Below, one piece after another: positions 53,280 through 64,000 of a stretch of DNA of 64,000 nucleotides. Position numbers and translations under genes: made by a program. The notes beneath the pieces were generated by a model. It was not told the origin of the DNA. It worked only from the letters and a program-made list of their open reading frames with translations, and made no database searches. Source of the stretch: Eledone cirrhosa (taxonomy: Eukaryota); the NCBI GenBank assembly GCA_964016885.1, contig OZ024740.1, forward strand, positions 88,908,001 through 88,972,000, given 5' to 3'. Positions within the stretch are counted from its first letter, which is position 1; each line of letters begins with the position of its first letter.

Positions 53280-55713
53280 GATATAGATATATATATAACA
53301 ACACTTATTCAAAAGCTTCGTAAACATAATCGATGTGCTTCCCAGCAAGCAACATTCAAGAGAAATCTCGAGAGAAATACTCTTCAACAGAAAAAAATGA
53401 TATCATAAAAAAGAGATAGTGAGTGATTTAATATCGATATATATTTTTAGCTCTAAGGAAATCACAAGATTCAGTTTCATTCTAAACACAAATACACACA
53501 CATTTGTGAAAAATAATTACACGCATATACGGGCAGACATAAATACTAACACACATTTACACCCACACAAAATCTCGCCTGTACATCGCAACAACTAAAC
53601 ACATGCATGGATGTATTTAGATATATTCCTCAAACTGAATATAATATTAAACCTTTATTATGAAAGATTAAAAGGTGGTGGAGTGCATAAATATTAAAAT
53701 TCATTTTTGGATACATATAATACTGCTCAATCGTATTTTCCATTTGATCTTTGTAGCGTCAATAAAAATGCACCGTTCAAGAACTGCGGTTCGATGCAGT
53801 GTTTACTAAATTCATCGCCGTACGTGGCAAATTTAGAAATTTAATACACATACTCTATTCTTAACTGATAGAGTATACATTTATTGGTTAAGTGTCTTAA
53901 GTATACATTAATAGTTTTATTGAAACAGTTGTTGATATTTTCCAAATTAACAATAAGAACAAATTCTGATAATTAGCAACCTTATTTCAAATTGTCGTTA
54001 ACAATGTGGCTATATGAAATATCTTGTGTGGAATTGATGTAGAATAATTTTAGATACAAGGCATGTTTTGAGTAAAATATGATTGAATGTGTCTATGTAG
54101 TAGCATATTTCTTCAATATATTTGTCAACAGAAAGGAATTATTTAACTGATAGTAATATGCAGTTTAGGAAAATGTCTTTAGAGTGTTCGACAGAAACCT
54201 GTGTGCGTATTTCTACTAGAATAGATGTTTTAAAACACCCTATTGTAAGAAAGCAGAAACAATTGCATCCAGACGCTGAAAAGTTATAATGGCTCTTATT
54301 TATGCACAAGAATAGAGTTGTACGCCATTAAAATAATTAATAGAGGTGTTTAATAATTTGATATAATTTCTACGTATATTCAAAATCAAAACTGTTCTTT
54401 ACTACAGATTATCGCCCAAAGAACTGCGAAATGACATATTTGCATTGTTTTAGTCAGATGTGGAATGGCAGCTTTAGCAGAGAGTAGAGAGGCGGTGGAC
54501 TCTGTTGAACTTAACCAATTGACCATTTTCATTCCTACAATGATTCCAAATTATGTTAGAAGATATTTGCTCAACATAATGCATAGTGGGCCAGATTATG
54601 GGGCAACACATTACTGAAACATATGGACATGTCTGCGCCAATCTAGTGAACTTTGTTTTCACAATACATATAAATATTTTGTCGGTTATCTAATGTCTTT
54701 TATTTATAAAATGAATTGGAGACTTTTACTTAACCCCTCCATTTTCTAGAAATAGATGCCCAATCCGCTTTAAATGAGACTCTAACTACTTAAACATTTA
54801 AGGACACATTGGGCAACGTTGTCCAAGATATGCAAAGAGATAAGATGCTTCAGAAAGAAACATGTTTGTTTAAGGGTCAGCTAGGTGAAAGCAATGCGTG
54901 TCCAATACAACATTGAGAATTATATTTTGAAGACAACATGTCTGTTATTCTTTCCACCAACGTATGATAAAGAAGTAATGTAAAGAAATGTACCATATAT
55001 TTCAGTAAGCTATCCATTCTCGTCAGACAATATATCATAAATTTCATATTTGTTTAAAATGAAATTTTGTTTAATTACTGATATTAATGTGTAGCATTAA
55101 GAAAACCTGAGGTCAAAAGCTTCAAGCTAAACCGATGTCATGATTCTTAGTTCCATTTATATCAGTTATAAACATCCCAAATGCTATAGAAGAGCTAGTA
55201 ATATTTTCACTCCTTGACCTCTCTGAAAGGCCTTCATTATGTTAAAGTATTGTTTATGTTAAAATGAGAAGCCATAACATTGTCAATTAATCATTTTTAT
55301 ATGGTATATTAGCAACGTCTCTAGAGTCAAATATTATAAATTGCACCATTTAATTAGTTATTTCTAAAATTTGAATTTGAGATTTATGTGAAAGGATTAA
55401 TACTAAAAAATAAAGTATTGTATAATTAATGTAATTTGAAAATGCACGTTACATAAACATTTTTCTTGTTTCACATATCCTCTTAACAAATATATGATAG
55501 TGTAGACTTCCTCTTGAAAGTGTATATAGAGTGTATTTCTTTCAATATGCGTTAAAATAACTATTGTTACGGAAGTCACTGAAAATCGGTTCAAACCTAG
55601 TTTAAATGCAACATAAACGGCATGAATTGGATGAAACATTAATATAATCAATCTATATACATTTGAAAGACTTCCCTCCGTCCATCTGTCCGCCCGTCCC
55701 TCCCTCCGTCACC

Positions 55714-55990
55714 CACTAGAGATGACTGAGGAAGGAAGGGATGAAGACGTCAAGCACTAGAAATGATTGAGGGCGGAAAGGGAGATAACATCAAGCATTA
55801 GAAATGTCTGAGAATGAAAGAGGTGATAACGTCACACACTAGAGATGATTGAGGAAGGAAGGGGTGATTCCGCCACGCACAAGAGATGATTGAGGAAGGA
55901 AGGGGTGATTCCGCCACGCACAAGAGATGATTGAGGAAGGAAGGTGTCATGACATCACGCACATGAGATGTGTGACGAAGGGGTGATGAC
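55714..55990. repeat. 41-bp minisatellite, about 6.7 copies
   Basis: Unit cactagagatgattgaggaaggaaggggtgattccgccacg; copies 4 and 5 nearly identical. Confidence 0.9.
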
Positions 55991-58900
55991 AAACTATAGA
56001 AAACAGCGTGTAACGTTTTTACTAAAGTGAAACTTCTAACTTTATTAATCTCTTCGTCTTCCCAGAGTGGACTGCTCCCATTCAGATCTACCGTGATAAA
56101 GATCGTATTTTCTACAATAAATTCTGGATGAACAGAGCCACGAAGGTGAAATTCCACACATGGAATCAGAGTCCTTATTCCTGGATGGTAGATATACTTA
56201 GTTTATTACTGTCGCATAGACCACTATTCCGTTTAATAGCAACAGGTCTCTGGTCCAAAGATAAAATACTTTATTTCACCCCCACTTGTATGGGGGCCCC
56301 CGAAATGGGTCAGAAGGCCTTTTCTGTCTATGATATTAAAGAAAATAGATTTTCATATAACACACATTTTCATATAACACACATTTTATTTTTAGATTAT
56401 TAAGGTTCCACTACACTTTACTTGCAGAAAATCTTGATCAGCAACCAGTATTTCGGAATAGTATATGAAATAAACAGAATACGCTTTGGAAAATTTAGAA
56501 TATACATAAAGAAAACTATTTTCTATTGATCCTCACCAGATTACGTTCGCTTTCGTATAACTGAAAACACCGAGTGAAACATTAATAAAACCATTGTTCA
56601 TCGCTTATGAAATCAAATTCTGTTTCTGAATCTGAAAGTGTTTCATAGCACATTATTTCATGAAATTATATATATCAGGTGATCTGTCAATAGTTATTTA
56701 TTCAGATTTACTTCATACCCCAGGAATGGTTCATATATCACTCAATAAAGCAATGACTTTAACATCCTTTTGAGATTTAAGGGTGCATTTTCTTCAGTTC
56801 AGTTTGTAGAGTTATTTATGCGTTTTACTCGTGGAATTTACTTTTTATTAAACACTGGCTAACACGTTTACCTCAAAGAAAACCTTAATAAAGAGATTCA
56901 CCCTTCAAGTCTCTCCGATAAAAAAGATGCATTGAAACACATTGCTATAATTTGATACAGAAAAAACTTGTTTTTCTTTGCGGTCTTTGCTCCTTATAGA
57001 ATTACGAAATTTATCGAAGTCATTAAGACTAAAGATGACACTATACTAACATTGAAGTGTATGTGGATGGTTGTGTGTATCTATATAGGTATGCTTACGT
57101 GGAATATAATGAAAGAGACTTAGAGACTGGAAATAGAGAGATGCGTCTAATCAAATTTGCAAAAAATTACCGTCTGGAAATAGTTTAAAACTAAGTATGC
57201 ACTTTAGAAAATTTCCCAAAATAAACGAAAAATGCAATGAAGAGAAAAATCTTGTATGTGCGCGCGCGTGTGTGTCTATGTGTGTGTATGTGTGTTTGGG
57301 ATGGAGAGAAAGAAAAGGTTAACGAGAAAACATCGTTGTTAGATATAGATAGAGTCACATTTGCATTAGACATCAGTAAGAAGGCAAACTAGAAAACAAA
57401 TATATTATTTTTGATGTCTGTATATTTCAGGATTTAGACCTTTGAATATTTTATTGCGATTTTATCAGTGTTATTGTAGAGTAACAAATGTTTCCTTATA
57501 CACATTCCTCCAATATCATCTTAATTTTATGAGTAGTTGATATGTCTTCATGTCAGAAGAGACAATAGAGAAGTTTTATTTGTAAATAAGATCTAAGATA
57601 TACTTTCCCCGTTATTATATGGACTGAATTATATCTATAATATTTCCTCTAGTTGTAACATTGCCAACGGCAACACTGTCAACCTCGTTGCATAGAGTTC
57701 GATTTTCTGCAAACCAAAGCCAGTTGACGTTGTATATTATTATAGCCATGAGATATAACATTGTTTATTACATGCTGTATTATACGATTATATCTCAAAT
57801 ATTAGGAGGAGTAGAAGAAATCATGGTTTTAACTTTTTCTAGATTTACTTTATCTGTATTATCTGATGCTGCTTGTTGATTTCATTTTAGTTCGTAAGTA
57901 TTTACAAATAAGTCGATTATTTTTCTCATACATCTGCGTTATCGCTGTTTTATTTAGTTGTTTTTGACAGGCTTGTTTTCTTCTTCGCTCGAAATTGTAT
58001 TGTTCTAAAAACAACTTAGCGAATTATTCTTGTGGAACTCTATCTTCACATAAATTTAGAATATTCGACTCACATTTTCGTTGATCTTAAATTCCAACGG
58101 ATTGCAGCCTGATGTCTGATCCATGCAAGTAGTGTTTCTTCGATATTTTCTTCTTCGTAATAATCTTTTCAAACATGACATATGTTTTCTTTCTTATGTA
58201 CTATTTTATGTCAGTATAATGGAAAATACGTTTGTGTTTATTTAAATTACTCAATAATGACATTTTTCTTCGACATGTCATGTTTATTTGTAAGAATCTA
58301 GTAACGAAAATCACTGAAATACGAATAAAAGCCGGTGTAAATAAAACATTCTTCGATTATTTTCTTCAGAGCGGTGGCAGTTTGTAGTTACAGAAAATAT
58401 AATCTTAAAATTTTCCTGTCGAAACAAATCATCGAAAGATTTATATCATTTGGATGGTAAAAAACTGCAACAGAAAAGTAAATCAATAATGGAATGATGT
58501 TAGGACACTGTAATGACATTGCAAGCCAACATAAACATTTCCAAGCTACATAAAACCTATATGAGCTCACGTAGTACATTCGTTGGTATAATAAACACGC
58601 ATTTATTCTAGCTCTAAGTATTTAAGCAGTGGACATGTTACAGCTACTTCAGTAGGTAGAATTGTAGCCCCGAATTCATTTCAATATCTTTATATATTGA
58701 CCGTGTGCACGTACATATTCTGGGATACTGAAGTAAGGAAGACAATACCAACGTATCAAATTAGTAATCAAACTATCCTTGGTAAAATTCTATTTGCAAT
58801 TAATATCATATTGACAGGCTAGATATAATTACTGATAGATGATAATAATATATTGTGATTCAGAAGAAAACGCGCACAGGAACTCATAGAATATGATTAT

Positions 58901-60098
58901 ATATAATAGAGTTACTTCTCGTTCTAGCTTCTCTTGAATGACAATTGTCAGAAACCTCATGACTCTTTTCCTACAATATTAAGCGTTAAACTAATATATT
59001 CTTTATTCTTCTGTATTGTCTGATTTCTTGTTGCCGCACACACACACACACACACACCCACACCCACACACACGCATGCACATACACCCACGCACATGCA
59101 CACACACGCACACACACATACATATATATATATATTTATATGCATGTGCGCGCGTGTCTGTGCGGGTGTAACTAACGTCATAAGTGAATGGAGTTATATG
59201 TAATAATGTTGAAGACGATGTTGTAATTTCCCGGTCGATAGAATTACCTCCTTATTTAATTAATAGTTAACTAACTGTGTATTTCCAACACAGATCCATG
59301 GCCCCACAATATTATTCATAGAGGGCTTCATCGAGACATACTTCGATAGGTTTGGCTCGTTGACAGTTTCATTTAATGCAATTTAAACGACTAGATTTGA
59401 GTTTACTCGAGGCTAATATAAAGGGGCTTGTTCAGGATATCACACTCTGTGTTCTGCCACGGAGCCACCTATCGTTCTTGTCCACTAAATGACGTGGCGT
59501 CCACATTAGTTTAGAAAATGCCGTGCTTCTTACGCGGCAGAATTTTAACCATCACAAATATTTTACCAAAGTCAGTATCATACTTTGTATTGGACATGAT
59601 ATATTAATGTTGAATTCCAAATAGCAGTACGGAAAAAAATGATTGTTTATTATACCACATTTGTTAGTCTGCGACGTTTGTTGCTTTTCTTCTATTGCAA
59701 AATTAATATTTAAAAAACAAATGACTAATGCATTCGAGAATGAAGTTCAGGTAAGATTAAATTATTCTCCACTGGTTATTACAATTTAATAATTATAATT
59801 TCATACTAGTTAATTAATCGCCTTAGAATAATTAATTAATATCTTTCAAGTGGAATATTTTCTTCAAGTACTGGTTTAATAAATATTCTGATTATAGCCT
59901 GCTACGATGCATAGGTATAGTTAAATATACAGACGGTCGTGAATTAAAATATGTTATTGCCATGATAATCCTTATGGAAATGATAGAGTTGATATTAGTA
60001 GACATCAAAGGAAAATATGTATAATTGCTTGTCTGTGGTGAGTCTGGTCAGCATGCTTTTGATTAACATTATTTAGTTGTAGCTTAAGTTGTAGCTTA

Positions 60099-60263
60099 CG
60101 GTGGATTGGCAGTATTGGTAGAGGGTCGACGCCATGATTTCCAGCATGAATTCAAATCCCGCCGAGGTTAACTTTGCCTTTCATCCTTACGGGGTCGATA
60201 AAATAAAGTACCAGTAATGTACTGGGTAATTGATGGCCTTGTGCCAAAAGTAGAAACAATCAT
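60099..60263 (+). mobile_element. SINE with internal deletion and 16-bp TSD
   Basis: SINE head, core and tail; tttagttgtagcttaa at 60072-60087 and 60264-60279. Confidence 0.9.
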
Positions 60264-62957
60264 TTTAGTTGTAGCTTAACTCCAGTTTTAGACATCTTTC
60301 ATTCAATCTATATTATCCAGAGAATGAGTGAAAGATTTAATTTAAAAAACGTGAGTTTTCGGCTTCGGTACCATTGAGTGTAATCGTAGGTATTTTTGTC
60401 CTATTGCATCGAGTCAACACAAGCCCTGTCAGTAACATTAGGGAAAGAAAAAACTGTTTGGAAGCCCATTGGATTGGACTGTACATCTAATGCAAAATTC
60501 AAACTTGTCACAGACATTAACATGGTGTATCTCGGGAATATTTACAATATATAGTGGATATATGTGCGAGGTGGATACTAAGTCGGTTACACGTTGATTA
60601 AATGTGTTGGCAGTTCCATCATCGAAAACAAGAGCAGTGATCGTCGGGATCGACGGAGTTTGATCTTCTATACAACCTTTTTGTTTAAATATGATAGGGT
60701 GTTCGTCGATAGAAATTTGACTGCTCATTCTAGAAAGTCGACGAATCATCTAACAAAATCCTCCTTGAATGATAATATTCAAAATGAATAGTGATCATGA
60801 GGATTTTTATTGTTTATTTGTTATATATTTTGTAGCTGAGAAGAATGATTTTCCTTTTTAGAAATGAAATTGACGGTTCACATCATGCATGTAAACTGTG
60901 ACTTAATCTTGTCTCTCTAATAAATAATTCTCATGTACTAATCATTATATTCTAATCCTAAACATTTGCAATATCCTAAAAGTTCAGCTCTAAACAGATT
61001 CTACAGAAAGAAATATGTCACCGACGAATCAAAGTGGAATTCTATATGCGATGAATCAGGATTGGATTACTTGAAATAGAAACTAAATATGACTTAAATC
61101 AATCCTATTTTATAAAATGCCACAACAAACAATGTTGTTAGGGGATTCACTGACTCATAAGAACTGGCAGTTTGACTACGACTGGAATGGACTCTGTATT
61201 TTGTTTATGTATGATTATTAACTTTCCGTAGCTAAACAATGACAACATCGTGATTCTTCACCCAAGGAACGATATATATAATGTAATTGACTTCAATGTA
61301 TGGCAACTTTGTGTTTAACTATTATCGTCGTATCTACGAAAATGTTATACGTTGCACATGAGACGAAATACTATCCGCAGACAGTCAACGACAATATACT
61401 AAACTTTTTCAAAACTAAATTCTGGAAATCATGTTTTCATAATGTCGTAGAATCTCTGAATAAAGGTTTAATTGAATACAGTAAGTGGGCATAGAGTACA
61501 AGTGTTTCTAGGGAGAGGAAAAGGAAATAGTTTTGTTCATGTCGTTTGTAGGTTCACTCCTGACAAAAGGGAATGAAATACAAAGAATCAAAAATGAATT
61601 CACAATGACAGTTATGTATAATTCTAGGGTAATATCAATATATCCATATATATATTTCTGCTGGATGAATATGAACTTAAATCTACGTGATAATAAAACA
61701 TCAGTCAGTTACATTGTAACCCGTTCTATTCTTATAGTGACAACACATATATAAGTGATAGTAAATGTATCTTTATGGACTCATTCAATGAGCTAGGGGC
61801 TTACTTCGAACTACAAAACATTCAGTGTGTTAGACAGCACCTTATCGAAACAATCATTGGAATATTTCACTAGTAGGGTTATTTTAAAGATCAAGAATAT
61901 AGTAGACATATAATGTCAATATCATTTAAATCAATATTTTCAACATATTCCGTTAAAACATTGATCGATATGATTGAAGCCTTTTTCTGGAAAATCATTA
62001 TCATTTATTCTAGCATCAAGATACAGCGGATGTTTCTAGCAGTAACTTTGAATATAACAGACTCTACAATTTAAATATACGATACAATATGTTGCTTGTT
62101 TAAATTTATTTTTTGTTTCCTACTTATCTACTTCCTATATAATTCAATTCCCTCCTTGATTTCCGCACCTTCTTTCTCTCGCCATCTTTTACTTCTAATC
62201 GATTGCTTCGTAGGAACATCTGATTAAACTCATAAAACTGAAACCATTCATATTCTAAGCTGATTAATTTAGCATTTGCTTTTCCATATTGTAAGCAGCA
62301 AATGTTGTTACAGTTGTCATGCATGTTTAACAAATGTTACTCAAGAATAGTAAAACTTTTTATTAAAAATATCCCAGCCATGTCAATCATGTATTTATAT
62401 TAAAATTTATCTTATCTAACGTAAACTTAGTTATCATTGTTCTAAACGAGCAAAGTAGGATTTAAGAATCTTAATTGTAACATATGTAGTGCCTTCATTG
62501 TTGACTCTGGAAGAAGTTGAGAAATTCATATAAATAATGACAAAGGAGGGGATGACAAATGTCTCAGCTCTCAAAAATAAATTCCTGCAGTATTCAGCCA
62601 CATACATTTAAGCTTAACTTCTTTACCGAAAGATACAGATGACATGGATACTAGATGTTGTGGATAATGTAAGTTAAAATTATATCAGACCTACAACGGG
62701 GTGTATCATGAAACAAGTGCCTCAAAATGCGGACAAATGGGGACAAATGAGAGGTTTTTACATAATGTAAGCTATACTAATTTTCACAAGAGAAGACATC
62801 TCTCACCCATCCCAAAGTGGGTTGGGAACCTCTCCGTCGGATGGGGTGAGTTCAGAGGTCTGTATCATATCTGAAATTCAATAGACAATGTAAGATGCTT
62901 GAAACAAAAGGTTGATGTGGCAGAGTCAGTAGGACAATGTATTTGTTATAACTCCCT

Positions 62958-63035
62958 GCGCTCTAAGTTCTACTTCCGTCGAGATCCACTTTGCTTTCGA
63001 TCCTTATGTGCTCAATAGAAAAATTACCAATCCAG
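62958..63035 (+). mobile_element. Old SINE fragment
   Basis: agttctacttccgtcgagatccactttgctttcgatcctt resembles the SINE B-box and core. Confidence 0.5.
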
Positions 63036-63311
63036 TTCTTATGCATACCTCATTATTTACAGTTATCAGTTACCTCTTCCTACATAGTATCCTGGATTAA
63101 GGAAGACAGAGTCGTCGGAGTGTTTTTCATGAATGTATAAGCATCTAAACAGATTATCGAAAGTATTGAGCTATACACGATCGCGAGTGATGTGCGTAGT
63201 TAAACATGACTGGTAGATTGGCTGACCACGCAAGTCGCTATACTAATTATACACTTCCTCAACTACACCTCTTTTCTACAAATTTATGACTGGTGCCAAT
63301 GTACATAATCA

Positions 63312-63501
63312 ATAATTGTCTCTACTTTAGGCACAAGGCCACCAATTAGCCAATGGATTACTGGTACTTTATTTTATCGACCCCGTAAGGATGAAAGGCA
63401 AAGTCAACCTCGGCGGGACTTGAACTCAGATCGTAAAGGGACGTAACTATGCTAGAAAGCATGGCGTCCGACCCTCTACTGATACTGCCAATCCACCGCC
63501 C
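63312..63501 (-). mobile_element. Full-length SINE with ~17-bp TSD
   Basis: Complete reverse-complement copy (gggcggtggattggcagtatc...gtagagacaattatt); flanks tgtacataatcaataat and tgtatataatcaataat. Confidence 0.92.
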
Positions 63502-64000
63502 TTGTACATAATGTATATAATCAATAATGCTTGACAATTTTATATACATAGAACGATGTGAACAGTCAATTTCAAACGTTTCGCTCAAAACATTTCAACA
63601 CTCTAGAAAATATTGATCCCTCTCATTAATTGCTCTTTTATTGCATTAAAAATCAATGTTTGCTATATTTCAAATTCTTCTATAAAAAACTACATTTGGT
63701 CTGAATTTATAGGTAACCGTTGTTTTGTTTAGCCACGTATCAGTCTGACTGAATTGACCAATAATCAAACGCATTTCACTTGTTAACATCCCTTCTACTG
63801 TCATTAACATGGAGTAAATTATACAATATTCCCCTGTTCTTAACATTCTCCTGTGATTTAAGGTAGACTTAGCTGACAAATCTAGTATACCTTAAATCAT
63901 CATCGTTCCTTTGGCATTGCCAATATTAATATGAGATGTCCACACGTTTTCTATAATAAATAAACCATCGTAACTATATTTATTTATGAGAGACCCGATT

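Noticed and set aside
54985-55030. Minus-strand CTGACGA...GAAA
   Set aside because: Stems I-III do not pair in register
55714-55990. Regularly spaced repeats resembling a CRISPR array
   Set aside because: Units are contiguous 41-bp tandem copies with no unique spacers; no cas genes; eukaryotic context
60438-60749. Cadherin- or hemocyanin-like impression of this ORF
   Set aside because: Diagnostic DxNDN, DxD and LDRE or copper-site motifs are absent

Overview
AT-rich, repeat-dominated eukaryotic DNA. The SINE families, dense (TA)n/(CA)n/(TATG)n tracts and retroelement mix resemble an octopus/cephalopod genome; this is inference, not verified. No intact protein-coding gene is recognisable, and most ORFs in the track are microsatellite translations or decayed retroelement frames. 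Recognisable content: four L1/Tx1-like LINE copies (one near full length at 29377-34735, joined head-to-tail to a second), one R4/Dong-like LINE, one RTE relic, one CRE-like endonuclease fragment, four coding Penelope-like element (PLE) relics (three Naiad-type, one Neptune/Poseidon-type), about ten tRNA-derived SINE copies, several long hairpins and a 41-bp minisatellite. The most notable signal is a cluster of type I hammerhead ribozyme motifs. Five have an intact CUGANGA...GAAA...UH core (1169-1246, 38453-38539, 41431-41553, 42776-42845, 44822-44926) and several more are decayed or half copies. They fall into two architectures: long bulged stem I with short stem II, or palindromic stem III with a 35-81 nt expanded stem II. 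One inserted fragment starts exactly at a predicted cleavage site. A few candidate orphan exons are reported at low confidence. All folds and alignments were done by eye; boundaries of decayed elements are approximate.
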